From assembly GCF_902652985.1 (NCBI RefSeq), contig NC_047028.1, positions 15,624,001 to 15,688,000 on the forward strand: a DNA stretch of 64,000 nucleotides. The letters run 5' to 3'. The DNA is from Pecten maximus (lineage: Eukaryota). The position numbers and the translations under genes are program-made. The notes beneath the pieces were generated by a model, which was given only the letters and a program-made list of their open reading frames with translations, made no database searches and was not told the origin of the DNA. Shown here piece by piece: positions 1 through 13,790 of the stretch; the first letter of the stretch is position 1, and every line of letters begins with the position of its first letter.

Positions 1-170
1 CAATATAATTAACAAGAATACTTAATATTAAATGAATACAAATATAAACAATTATAACTATATATTAAATGTCTCACACAAATGCGTATGTATAAATACG
101 CTAGTCTCTGGCTACGATAACAAAACAACTTCCCCGGAAGTGAATAATTCCAGGAAAGGTAACACGAACT

Positions 171-322
171 TTAAAAAATCCAAGAATCAATGGAATTAAT
201 ATGTAGACACTTGGAGATGTACAAATGCCGGGAAATATAGGAGGCTCCGATGTTTAAATATCGTGAACGAAGCAAGATGGCGATGTATGGTGTAGTTCTA
301 TCTCCCACAGTTTCAGGAAAAC
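171..322 (-). CDS. Candidate exon (acceptor at 323); coding part of putative last exon of spliced 114-aa ORF, or a 5'UTR exon carrying a uORF; exon probably continues left out of the window
   Basis: Strong minus-strand acceptor tcttgtctctttctgtcattgcag|GTTTT. Phase-1 entry reads (G)FPETVGDRTTPYIAILLRSRYLNIGASYISRHLYISKCLHINSIDSWIF* (TAA 173-171). No donor or AATAAA seen between 170 and 1. Confidence 0.4.
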
Positions 323-1304
323 CTGCAATGACAGAAAGAGACAAGATTTTGAGAAAACATGCAATAATAATTAAACATTTAAATTTTTTTTTCAAACTGT
401 AATACAAATAGATACCAAATAGATTGTAATGTAACTTAAGACATTGTATTAAGAAATCTTATTTCTTTGTTAAGTAATCTATTTCACTGCAAGGATTATA
501 TATCTTAATAGATACAAGAAATAAATGGTTCGAGGATATCTTACAAAATAATTGAGCTTAGTTTTAAGAGAAACAGATATTGTCATTCAAACTGTCCATC
601 ATTCTAATAACAAGATTGGTGTTGGAATTAAATATTTCCAAATTATAAATCACAAAAATTACCTGTAAATTTCCCACATGTTAACAGGGAAAACCAAAAA
701 GGGAACTTTTCTTTCAAACATGAAAGTGTAATTATTGAACATCGCAAACCAGAAATATGAGTTTTTAACCAAACAAAGGCTCTCTTTACATTTGATAATT
801 ACTTCTCTGATACAAGAGTTCCAACTCAACATCTTGTTTGGTGTACAGCAGTTAAATATCTTATTATTTCAAAATTGTTCGTACTTTAGCATCAAAAAGC
901 ACTTGTGATTATATCAGAGCTAATTTTTGTTTGAATTAAATTTAAATAGAATAAAGACCAAATCAGCTATATGAATACCATACATTTTTTTTGTTTTTAT
1001 TATCCATATATTGAATATAGAAATGATCTAAACATCCATACACTCCATATCTTTTTATCAACATTAATCTATGGTAAATCTTAACAGAAAACATCTATCT
1101 TATTTTTCCCATGTTTGTAAACTTTACTTGGATACAGACCGAGAAAAATGGTGGCTTCTCATTGTTTATCAATATCTTACAAAAAAATCAAATCCAAATA
1201 TATATATATATATATATCAATTCACGTCTATTTCTTGTCTTTGACTTTCACAACAAGTTCCATGTTTTTTTTTTTTTCTCTATACAAACTTGATATGTTT
1301 CTCT

Positions 1305-3120
1305 AAGCATTTACAGTTCTCGTAAACTGTTTGTCACTCTCAGCATTTACAGTTCTCGTAAACTGTTTGTCAATGTCCCTAACACTTTTAGGCATTCCTA
1401 TCAGCTGATGAAACCTCTCTCCAAAACAGTTGTAAGAACTCTCATCCATGGTAAAAGAAAGTCTAACATCTCTTTCCGACACACAAAAGATTGTTTTATT
1501 AGTGGGATGGCGTTGTGAATACAACATTTAATGTAATAAAGCATGTTTGGAGTGAAGTTTCTCCCAGACGATCTGCCAGAGGAACAGCTTCCTAGAACAA
1601 CTCGGCTCTCAATCCAATCAAGATTTTAGTGGAGTGTGTGTCGTACCCAGTGGGGAGAAAAGGCAAAATCATTTACAAAAACATGAGCACCTTTCCTGGG
1701 ACTCCCTGTAACACCGTGCCTAGAGGGTTGAGTTGATCCCCACATCTGATAAGATTAGGATTCCTCGGGTTAATTTCTCCCCATAGTGTGAACAGGCAAT
1801 CTTATTTTCTAAGTACAAACTGACATAACACAGTCCCGACACTCGGAGCAGTAATTCTTCCTCAATTATTGACTAAACTTTCCCCTATACCGATACTGTC
1901 TCCTGTTTTTGTTGAAATTCCTAGAACCTATATATGTATAGGGATATGTAGATCGATCTCCCCATATCATTATTAATAAAAAGAAATTCCGAAAAATTGG
2001 AGGGATGCAATATTATGTAATTTCTTTCAATAATTGTAGATGATGGTGATAAACAAACTATTTATATACAACATACTCAAATCCTCACCTTACATCGTGC
2101 AGAAAAGCTTGTTCACAAAATACATAGAAATCCAGAGTGAAAATTGATACTAAAAATTTAACAAAAATTCACCTCCAGCACATTTGAGGAGCAGCCTCTG
2201 GAGAGATTGGTGTGTGATCCTAGCACTACCATATATCCTGTATTACCATAGGACATACAATCCTTCCACTAATGCCTACGCTCAACACTTCACAATTAAA
2301 CTTACTTCATGGCAGCGCAAGCATTGCATGTGTTGGCTGGGCAGGAGCATATGCATAATGGCCACAGGAGAAAGGTACCGTCACCACCAATAGTAGAAAG
2401 GTTTTTTTTTCTTGCATACTTATATTGCTCTACAGCCTTCCAGGATGGAAATGAGATGGGGGGAGGGATGGGGGGAGGGATGGGGGCAGGCAAAGGAATT
2501 TCTGATACTTGGCCTCCTACTGGCATAGTTTCGGCAATAAGCAGCCTGTTTTTGTCATTTCTACTCCCCTCACTAGCAAGCATTTATCAGATAAGAAGTG
2601 AAACCGACCCCCAGCCTTCCTTTTCATCTGTCAAGTTCCTGCAGTAAAACAGTGGAAATATAAGCAGTGCTTGATTGAGTAAGACAGTGCTAGAGACACA
2701 GGCCTTTCTTAGCTTACACTCTATGCCACAAACATTCATATCCACATACCCTTCACCCCCATAATTTTAATGAGATAAGCAAATGTTTGCAAGAAGCATA
2801 TAGGTAGTAGGGAGTTGGGAGGGGACAACAGGGAGGGGGAGGGGGGGGGGGGGGGGGAGTATGTAGCTGCGAGGGTGCCCCACCCACCTACTTTCCCCAG
2901 GGTGAAGGTTAGTAGAAAGAGGGCTGAGGAGGCGAAAGTAGGAAGTATTTTTTTTTTGACAAAGTCAGGATGAGCAAGTCGAAGTCACTGTCTGTATCCA
3001 AGTCAGGTTGAGAAAATCCGTAGTCACTTTCTGTACCTAAGTCAGGATGAGGGAATCAAAGTCACTTTCTGTACCTCAGTCAGGGTGAAGAAATCATCAT
3101 CACTCCCTGAACCCAGACTG
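1305..3120 (-). pseudogene. Possible decayed coding/TE relic (Pro-rich and Cys-rich ORF, 38-39 bp acidic repeat with frameshifts)
   Basis: Looks GC-richer than its flanks. ORF 2302-2583 has a PIPPPIPPP tract and CICSCPANTCNAC and ends in donor ATGAA|gtaagt. Repeat units at about 2960-3115 read GTESDYGFSQPDL-like but vary 38/39 bp. Downstream frames carry several stops. Confidence 0.2.
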
Positions 3121-3403
3121 TGTAGACCTATAAGTGCTATAAGTTCAGTCACCAACTATAGACAGGTTATACACCTGTGTTACACAACCCAGTAGTATAT
3201 AACAATGAATGTCAGTATTACCATGCTCATTATAATGAATGTCAATGTATTTAAATTACTGTTTCAAAGATTATTTCAAATTATATTTATTTTGATGCCT
3301 CCACTGGAGATTGAACGAGAGCCCTTACACTCCTCCACAGCTGAGTCCGGTACGAGTCAATATCACTACTGGGGTGACATTCCCAGGCTCATTATAATGT
3401 CAA

Positions 3404-3595
3404 TACAGTCAAACCTGCCTTAGTGACCACCTGCCTTAGTGACCACCTGCCTTAAGTGATTCCCTCTTATATGTGACACTGTTTTCCCCTCCCAATGTTA
3501 TTAATACTATTAATACTATACTAGTTACCAGAACCTGAGTTAAGAGACCATCTGTCATATGTGACCTTTTTGTTGCCTCCCTTAGATATATGTAT
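3404..3595 (+). mobile_element. Left end of a Tc1/mariner-pogo(Tigger)-like MITE
   Basis: TA followed by CAGTCAAACCTGCCTTAGTGACCACCTG with 17-bp subterminal repeats. 29/30 nt are the reverse complement of the 38-bp satellite unit at 15.2-15.8 kb. Confidence 0.6.
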
Positions 3596-6415
3596 AATAT
3601 TTCATTTATCCAAAATAAAGGAAAAAATTACAAAATTGTCAATGTCTATACAATCATTTAGATTATCATTTGTAGTTGAAAATCATATGTTGGTCGAGAG
3701 AAGTCAATCCAAACCATACAATCACCTATATCATAAGAGGTATAAAATTTCACGGGGCTAATACTTCTCAGTTATCTTAGACAGATCTAGTTCACAGATC
3801 ACTAAACCAAGTCTTGTACACTTTTCACATTAAACACTTTTAAACACTTTGTTTGTGTACATAAATATTTGCGCTATATTAAATGACTGCGATTATAGCT
3901 AAATTAAATTTCCCACAAATATTACCAACTTTACTGTATATACATTTTAAAAACAACAAAATCTCCAAATGTTGTATAACTGATCTCATTTCAAGAAAGT
4001 TTAGCATGAAAAGGGTCAAATTACATGTTGTCTATTTCAAATACTTAAAACAAGGATCTTTTAACGTCTGATTTTTATATAAAATAATCTATAGTTTTGA
4101 AACTTTCACTTACTAGGTTGAACGAGCAATATATTACGTAATCCCAGTTTATAACTTTTTCAAATTAAGCAGTTCCATTCCAAGTTATCTCCCTTGAAAG
4201 TAATCTTCAACTTTGATTTGGAGAGCAAATATAGATGTGTGCGGTGGTGATTAGTCTGGAGTCCCTCGGCTACTACACCATAACACTGACACAACACAAT
4301 CAATCATTCTACGACACAAAAAGTACAAATCAAATTTTCAGAACATTTCCCTGTCAATCTTGTAACCAACTGAGAAAACATCCTGCTCGTTGCTTAAATA
4401 AAGACTCCTAAGATTGATAAGAAAATGGAAGACGGCATAAACAAGCCGATCAACCTACGTGGTTATTTGATGTGCATACACACATTACCTGTACAATATT
4501 AAAACGACAGGTACAAAAAGGCAAAGCAATGCTCATTCATTTACAGCAAAATGATTTGCACCGCCCTACTAAGTCAAACAAATCAGTAAGGTACAAAGCA
4601 TTGAACGTGATCTTACATAATGTAGAGAACGGGTTTTATAGATCCTGTAGAACTTAAGTATCATAGCCCACTGTAAGATTATAAACCTGTACACACGATT
4701 AACAGTCTATCTGCACATTCTGCTCAAATTCAGAGATTGTTCTCACTTTCCTGGAGCCCTTTAAAGGTGAGACAGACAGTACATGTGCCCAGCGGGAGAC
4801 ACACAGACAAGACGTGACTCACGCGACCCCGAGTGAGTACTAAGGAGGTAGGACAATGAACAGAGATGACAATCCTGTGAAAAAACCATGGAAACATTTC
4901 ATTTGCATAATCCTGTAGAAAACCTGATCCAAACAGACCAGTTTGTTTAATCATCTCTAATGCAATGATGTAACTTTTAATGGACAGACTAGCAGTAAAT
5001 AGTGTCTGATTAGACAACACAAAAAATTACTGAATGCAGTCAAAAAATGAAAATGTCTTCGGCCCTTGTGCTGCATTTGGTTCAGGGAATAATTATAGTC
5101 GTGCATGCCAATCAAATCCCTCAAGATGAATTTTCAATTTCAGAATTTGAATATGTGCCCGCATGCATCATGAATTTTCAAAATTTGAATGTAACTTGTA
5201 TAATGGGGCATATCAGATCAGTTGGCATGTATTTTAGAACCGAAGTTTTTACATTTTACATACCATTTCGATTTACATAGACAATAATTGCTGTCTGGTG
5301 AAAATTTTAAATGACTACAGAAATTTTCTTTATTGTCCCGACAATGAATATTTTGATTTTATAAATAACTGAAATATGATTAAAATGTTGAAGTTTGAAA
5401 ACTATTATACAGCCTAATATCAGCACAGTTATATATAAATGTCAATGCAAACAAATTTCAACATGACATTTTAAGACAACACCCATATAAAAAAATTAAA
5501 GGTGGCCCCCATTATATAATTTTGGGTCTACATTCCCACAGTGTTTAGTGTGGCCCCTACCACTGCCTGGTTGTCGAGGAAGGGATAACATCTGGTTAGA
5601 AAGTTTGACATATCCACTCCCACGAATGTGTTGTATATCAACCTGCAGTTTCTGTCCCTAACAGTCACTTAAAACCACATATCTTTGTAAAAGTCTGGTG
5701 AAATTTTCTTTTCAAGTGAAAAACACTTTGATTGAATATGTTAGAACTGCTTTTCCACTTCATGCAAGGATTTATACTTTAAAATAATGTTCAGACATAC
5801 AAGCTAAAAATTGTTTAAAAACTAGCATTAAGTTTAAAATACATGGATGTGACTATTGTCTCCCTATGATTAACTTTCAACTCTCCTGTACCCACTAACT
5901 TGCGTTTGTGGCATGAAAAAGGCCAGAGGGTTAAACACCCCACCAAAGTCTTCGATCAGTTTGTGATGCCCAAAAAACACCCTTCGCCTAACACTCGATC
6001 AATTTGTATCCTTTTGGCAGGCAATCTTAGTCACTTATTTTCTTGAAAGCTTTCTTGCTTACAAAGTTTAAAACCCTGAGATAAGCCCGTCAAAACATAT
6101 TCATTAGGATAAACCATTTATCAAGAGAAAGCCCTGCAAATGGCTGCATGTTGCTATGCTTCACAGAAAATATAGATCTTTTGTGGTAGCTGTACATAAA
6201 ATGAACAGCTGATGCAGGCTGTAAGCCCACTCTCTAATATCTGTAATCACTTTCAAAGTGGATCTAAAGACTTCCTTAGCGACATGATCTCCGCCATTGT
6301 ATGCCGTGGATTAGATATTCCTGACCACAGAGGGTAGTGCGGGACAGACTTCTCCTGGTACAAAGACATTACCAACTTCACGACACAATCAGGCTACTCA
6401 TGAGCAAACATGGGC

Positions 6416-7021
6416 AGTGATGACAGGGTATTCACACGTACACACGAGAAGTGATGACAGGGTATTCACACGTACACACGAGAAGTGATGACAGGGTATT
6501 CACACGTACACATGAGAAGTGATGACTGGGTATTCACATGGACACACGACAAGTGATGACAGGGTATTCACACGTACACACGACAAGTGATGACAGGGTA
6601 TTCACAGGTACACACGAGAAGTGATGACAGGGTATTCACAGGTACACACGAAAAGTGATGACAGGGTATTCACAGGTACACACGAAGTATGACAGGGTAT
6701 TCACAGGTACACACGAGAAGTGATGACAGGGTATTCACAGGTACACACGAGAAGTGATGACAGGGTATTCACACGTACACATGAGAAGTGATGACAGGGT
6801 ATTCACACGTACACACGAGAAGTGATGACAGGGTATTCACACGTACACAGTGATGACAGGGTATTCACACGTACACACAGAGAAGTGATGACAGGGTATT
6901 CACACGTACACACAAGAAGTGATGACAGGGTATTCACACGTACACACGAGAAGTGATGACAGGGTATTCACACGTACACACGAGAAGTGATGACAGGGTA
7001 TTTACACACAGAAAGTGATGA
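6416..7021. repeat. Minisatellite, 34-bp unit, about 17 copies
   Basis: Unit agtgatgacagggtattcacacgtacacacgaga. Confidence 0.95.
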
Positions 7022-7069
7022 CAAGTCACTATTTCAGGGCAACATTTAGGTGCAGTGTCTAGAAACTTC

Positions 7070-7430
7070 TAAAGGAGAGCAGGGGGAAAGGGGAAAAGGG
7101 AGGATTGAAATAAGGAACACAGATAAAGATAGAAGGTAGTAGAGACAATGGTGCAGAGATAGAAAGAGAGGAGAAATATGGAACGAGGGAGAGGAATAGA
7201 GATAAAGGACAGGTACAGAGATAGGGAATTTGTGTAGGTGATAGAGATACAGGTGATAGGCTTGAGAGAGGGAGTTGATCAACGGATAAATAGAAATGAA
7301 TGACAGAGAGGCAGAAACATAGATTGAACATATAGAGAAATGAGGAAGGAGAAAGTGAGAATATAAAGGACCGAAAGATGAAGAGACATACGATGATATA
7401 TAGACAGATTGATGAGATAAAGAATGGAAT
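7070..7430. repeat. Purine-rich (GA) low-complexity tract
   Basis: Plus strand strongly A/G-biased; source of the spurious Leu/Ser/Pro ORFs on the minus strand. Confidence 0.7.
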
Positions 7431-8494
7431 ACTTTAATGATAATCTTGTTGAGTTAAAACCAAACCATGCATGGTTTATATCTTACTATGTATTGGTTGA
7501 ATATGACATGACAGGTGCATAGTTTATAGACAGGGGAGTGATGGATGTACTTTCCAGTCACTGCCTCCACAAAGATCTCCTAATGTGATACCCCGAGAAG
7601 ATTTCATGTCAAATGTTCTGTTTCCCCTCGAAAGCATTTCTTATTAAGTTGGTCCTTCACAGCTTTACATTTCAGAGCTCTGTGAAATGCTAGAAGGACT
7701 TTGGGCCAATCAGTCTCTAAAAACAGAAAACTTCAGTTAACTGCCAAAGATTATAGTCTTATATTGGTATTTACTAAAATAGGTAAAAACTAGCATCCCA
7801 TTGCTCTTCTTAGTATTTCCCATATATATATATCTTAATGTCTGGTGGATAGAGGGAATTTCTCACAGTGGAAATTCCTTCATGTGAGATCAAACACATA
7901 ATCTATTATAAAATTCATATGTGTGGGAAATGAAGACTAATATCAAGTTGCTCTTGGTGGTGTGGTGGAGGTATCCTCCAGGGATAGAATTTTAGGGAGA
8001 GGACAACCAATCTCTGGGACAAACTTTAGACAGGTAAACTTTACTGGTTGTGACTGGTGGAGTTCAGGGGTTGGAGAAAAAAAATCCCGTAGTTGGGGAC
8101 AGAAGTGATGTCTATGGAAGGATCCAGTTAACTCCATGTAGGAAGTGAGCTCTGGCAGACAAGCTACTAAAGTGGGAAAATTAAGTCGAAAGATACTTGT
8201 ATCCTTGTCGGTGTATTTCATTTCCCATCCATACTGTTGGACCTCATCCATACATGTTCACTTTCTTTACCGCCAGACTGGGCCCACACAAGCGTAGCCA
8301 AGTTTTATTGTATAAATGCAAATTCAAACTGCTTTACATTTGCAGTAGTGGTCTTGCTATTTTGCATGTCTGGTGATCAGAGGTGATAAAACTGTTTCTC
8401 TTCGAAACACTGCATGTCTCCTGTAGCACCCTGGGGAGCTGCTAACTAGCTATAACTACCTGGCTCCCTTGGGATTACCACAGTAGTGTTGGGC

Positions 8495-9240
8495 CTACTA
8501 CCCTAAAGTACAGAACTACACAGCTCCCTGGGGACCCTCACAGCAGTACCTGCCCCTATCTTTAGGTACTACACTACAAAGCTCCCTGGGGACCCTTACC
8601 TGCCCCAAACTTTAGGTACAACTCTACACAGCTCCCTGGGGACCCTCACAGCAGTAACTGCCCCTAACTTTAGGTACTACACTACACAGCTCCCTGGGGA
8701 CCCTCACAGCAGTACCTGTCCCTAACTTTAGGTACTACACTACATAGCTCCCTGGGGACCCTCACAGCAGTACCTGTCCCTAACTTTAGGTACAACACTA
8801 CACAGCACCCTAGGGTCCCTCACAGCAGTACCTGTCCCTAACTTTAGGTACAACACTACACAGCACCCTAGGGTCCCTCACAGCAGTACCTGTCCCTAAC
8901 TTTAGGTGCAACACTACACAGCACCCTAGGGTCCCTCACAGCAGTACCTGCCCCTAACTTTAGGTACAACACTACACAGCACCCTAGGGTCCCTCACAGC
9001 AGTACCTGCCCCAAACTTTAGGTACTACACTACACAGCTCCCTGGGGACCCCCACAGCAGTACCTGCCCCTAACTTTAGGTACAACACTACACAACTCCC
9101 TGGGGACCCTCACAGCAGTACCTGTCCCCTAACTTTAGGTACAACACTACACAGCACCCTAGGGGACCCTCACAGCAGTACCTGCCCCTAACTTTAGGTA
9201 CAACACTACACAGCACCCTAGGGTCCCTCACAGCAGTACC
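8495..9240. repeat. Minisatellite, 58-59 bp unit, about 12 copies, two variants
   Basis: Unit cacagcagtacctgcccctaactttaggtacaacactacacagcaccctagggtccct; variant gctccctggggaccct. Confidence 0.95.
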
Positions 9241-9299
9241 GACACTTAAACATTTGGTTGTGATAATGGTGAGAGTCCTATTTCTTTGGAGAAAAACCA

Positions 9300-9680
9300 C
9301 ATTCTATTTTGTCTGGAAAAGACAAATCCAATATCACATATTTTTGTCTGACAAATTCTGTTCTAGCATCTTGAGGACAAAATCTAAGAAGTCCAACTTT
9401 GGAAGACAAATCTTACTTAGGAGACAAATCTTACTTAGGAGACAAATCTTACTTAGGAGACAAATCTTACTTAGGAGACAAATCATACTTAGGAGACAAA
9501 TCTTACAAATTTAGCCCTATTCTATTTGGTAGACAAATTAAAGGTTTTTTTTTTACTGTGCGGTAGACAAATCCAATTCCACTTTGACTTGGCAGACAAA
9601 TTCAGTTCAATTTATATGTCAGACAACTCAATACTGAGTCCTATTTTGTCACGCAGACAAATCCAGTTCTACTCCTCTAC
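9300..9680. repeat. 18-bp tandem repeat (about 6 copies, 9401-9507) inside an older degenerate AGACAAAT array
   Basis: ggagacaaatcttactta repeated; AGACAAAT recurs in both flanks. Confidence 0.85.
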
Positions 9681-11799
9681 TTGGCACTTAACAAGCCATC
9701 ACAATACCTCGATACCTCGTGGGTCAGATGCCTCACCAACTTTTCCACATAAAACGTAATTTTCATTAATGTAATAGTGTGGCTAGACTACCATCCTTCA
9801 ACCGCTTTCTGCATTAGGGGTGGCCTTAGCAATTAAACACTTTTTATTTCGCTGTAAAATTTCACCAAATACCACCATCATGTGTATTGTCTAGTGAAGC
9901 AGACTGATCCACCTTTCTGATAACTACCAATACCAGGTTATCAAAAAACACAGCTCCCCTGAAACTCCCATTAAATACTGGTGTTTTTCGCAACATGCAA
10001 ACCTTATGATGTTGAGCAGATCTGCCGACAATATCCTGAACAATTATAGGCCTGAGTATGTGTCATAACACATGTTGGCTTGTTCGTATTCCTGGTAGCA
10101 TCACTCTGACAAACCAGATATTAAAGACTGGTATTCTGGTCACCCAATATCTACCCGTATACAGTTTACACTCCACCCAGAAACATGATATGGAAATTCA
10201 ATATTCAATCTCATTTGTGAGAGTAAAACTTATTTCACATTCAAATATGATCTGAAAATTAAAGTTTTTAGAGTATTTTTAGAGTAAATAAAATCAGATT
10301 GAACTTCATCATTTACACCAATTTAATATTATCAGAAAATAAAGATGCAATCTAGCTTTTTGAATGAAAATTCCAACTGAAAAATATGTAACCTATTATT
10401 TTCTGTGAGTGATAAGAAGCAATATTTTACAAATGAAGATAATCTGCCAATTAATATATAATCTATTTTCAGCAAGTAAAATAGGAGCAAGATTTCACCA
10501 ATATACAGAATCTGATAATCTATGCACAGAGGAATATTTGATGAGAAGAAACAAATTGTCATAATAAGGTAAAATGCAGTCGTTTCTATTCTAGATCATT
10601 AACCCTGCATGGTGATATTCATCGAAGAACCAGTTTTTTTAAACTCCTAGCTAAAATGAATAGAAAAGCCTTTTATACAAGACCATAATACTTCAATGGA
10701 AAACTTTCTGCTACTAATCAATGGGGTTTTCACATTTTATGACAGGAAATCGTAAAAGTTCTATCAATAATTCAACAGCCATGGAATTCTTTCAAATTAA
10801 TTCAAACCGTATTCTCATGTGTTGATGTGATCTCCTAGCCAAGTCACTAGATGTGTCGGCACACGGCACAAACGCAAAAACAATACGATATTAATTACAA
10901 TAAAACACAATAGTACGACCTTCAATGATAACTGTCTGAAATAATTACTGAAAATTAGACGGAATCCATGCATGATTGATACACTTTGCCACATGGCTGG
11001 ATGGCAGACATTTTAGAATTACAGGTTGCAATTTGTAAATGATGCACTTTTAACCATAATATATCCCAACACTTCTCTAAGGGATATATTGTCTCAGGAA
11101 TTCCAATTCCTATTTCTGTTATCAATATTGATACACTCGTCATCACCATATTCCGAACAAAAATATATCAGTCTTCAATAATTTTGAATAAATTTTTCAG
11201 CTTTCATCATTCTTTCATAAATCCACTTCTATGCTATAGACATCTTACTAGAGAGTAAACCAAATGATATGCATACTTAATAGAGGAGAAAAATATATCG
11301 ACAAAGACTGGTCAGACACTTACTTGGTTAAAACATATATGTCAGTATGTAATTAATGGGTTTGTTCACATAACAGACTCTTTGTAAACTAGGTTAAGAT
11401 ATGCCCAGACATCAACAACAGATAGACATAATACCTGTGATTGGATTTCTAAAGGTTCCCACTAAAGGTAAAACAAAATTCAAATCAAATGTAAATGTTT
11501 AAACTGAATGCAATGAATAGCAATGGTGTAAACGTCTTAAATAGAACTACAGGTAACGAGGACTACAGGTAAGGAGTACTACACTTTAGAGTGAAGCTGT
11601 GGTAACCTACAGGTGGAGGAGCTAACGCTACGTCACAGCCTCGTCAGGTGAGGACGCCTCAGGTGTACCTACACTGATTACCATCAACATTTTACATAAT
11701 ATATTCCATCTGTTCTAGTGTATGACACCTACTTTACATGTTAATGTTCCAAAGGTATAATAACCCATCTAATGTAAAGATAGGACTTTTTATCTTTAT

Positions 11800-12300
11800 A
11801 AACGTACGGCTTCTAATATCTTTTATACCATGGCTACAATAACTAATAACTTTACATATTAATTATGTAATATCTATATTACAGATTTTACAACAAGTAA
11901 CACTTACATTACATTAATATCACGTAGATATGACTAATTTTTATATTACATTTATGTATGGACAATCAACTAGTATTTGTGTTTCATATAGTTACCATGA
12001 TCTAATTATATTACATAGTTATGGTAATCAATATATATTACATAGTTACAATTAACTAATATTAATTTTACATAGCAACGATAATTAAAATTTGAATAAC
12101 ATTGTTATAATAACTTTAAATATTTATATTACATAATTTATGATCAAATCTATATTACATAATCATGATAATTGATATTTATATTACATAGTTACGATTA
12201 ACTAATATTTATATTACCATAATCATTTATGACTAAAATTTACATTTCACAGATACAATAACAGCTGATATATAATAATACATTTTAAGATAAGATGATT
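11800..12300. repeat. Degenerate AT-rich tandem repeat (about 30-33 bp period)
   Basis: Recurring tttatattacatagttac...taactaat. Confidence 0.65.
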
Positions 12301-13239
12301 AATAACATAAAGGTGTGACCCGTTAATTTTTTATCATACAGGTTCACAACCTTCTAATCAGACCATAAATAAAATAGAACTTCTAATATTATTGAACTTT
12401 TCCGGACTGTCTATCAGACGAGATCTGTGCAATGAGGTGTTCAATATTGCAAGTTTCCTGACGACATAAGCAATGGGTCTGTGTTTGTCGTAAGTGCAGA
12501 CGTTCACAAGTGACAATGGAATAAATGCACTTCTACAGACCGTACTAAGTGGGCAGACAATAGGTAATCATCTGTTTCACTTTACTAATGGCTGACTTCA
12601 TCATAATCCAATAGAAGCTTGATTCCATCAGCGGGCCGTGTCCATGTTCACCACAGTATATATCGCCGGCCTCTACATCTCGCAAGCTCTTAGCTTTTAA
12701 CACGAGTCAATTGTTGTCGTTTAGATTGCATGCATTATTTATTGACAAACATTAGTTAATATTTATTCACTCGCTAGAAAACTTGTTGAGTAATGTTAAC
12801 AGTGACCTCGTCTATCGCCTCTAAAGATGTATACCACAATCAGATAACTGGCTAACCGATGAACATTACGAGTAAATAAATATCAACATTCCATATCTAT
12901 TTTACTTTTAAAAGATCTGTGTTATCCTAAATACATCCGACAATAAACGTACATTCTACTGAATACATATCTCTTCCTGTCCTTAAGCTACTGTCTGACC
13001 AAATTTCCAACAGTTAGAACCTCGATCTCGATCCAAAAATCATGTGGCCTGGGTTTCTCGAATGTTCTTTACAGAAAATTGGAGCCCATTTCAATGATCT
13101 CTCTATCATAACTTATTAAAGGCTTACTTATTCAGAGAAATTAATTTAGTGTCAAAATTTCAATTTCATTGACATTTCACTAATTTCAGTCTCAAACCTA
13201 CCTGTCTTGGGCGTATTTAAAATATTTTGGCTTAAAGAG

Positions 13240-13790
13240 CGCTCGCATCCTCAACATCATCATCTGTAACCTTTTACGTCCTCAAATATTGTTATCCTAA
13301 ACTTTCAACATCCTTCAACATTCTCAATCTTACCTCCCAAGTCTCCTCTCTCCTCAAATCCCAACATCCCCAAACTCCCACATCCTCATCCTCAAACTCC
13401 AACATCTTCATACTCAAATCCCCACATCTCCATCCTCATCTCGAAACTCCCACATATCCATCCTCATTCTCAAATCCCCACATCCTCATCCTCAAATCCC
13501 CACATCCTCAAATCCCCACATCCTCATCCTCAAATCCCAACATCATCAAACTCCCACATCTTCATCCTCATCCTCAAATCCCCACATCCTCATCCTCGAA
13601 TCCCAACATCCTCAAACTCCCACATCCTCATCCTCAAATTTCCACATCCTCATCCTCAAACTCCTGCATTCCTGATCAATCTCAAATTCCCACAACCTTT
13701 ACATTGTCAACCTCAAACTCCCACATCCTCATCTTCAACCTCAAACTCCCACATCCTCATGGAAATGTCCTCATCTTCAACCTCAAACAT
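13240..13790. repeat. Degenerate C/A-rich, G-poor tandem repeat
   Basis: Recurring catcctcatcctcaaa(t/c)tccca modules. Confidence 0.85.

Noticed and set aside
130-290. Plus-strand promoter (ETS CCGGAAGTG, YY1-like AAGATGGCG) with ATG at 277
   Set aside because: The ORF is only about 41 codons with no good donor; better explained as a minus-strand exon, though not excluded
7943-8251. 102-aa non-repeat minus-strand ORF
   Set aside because: No recognisable domain or splice context; one ORF of this size is plausible by chance in 64 kb
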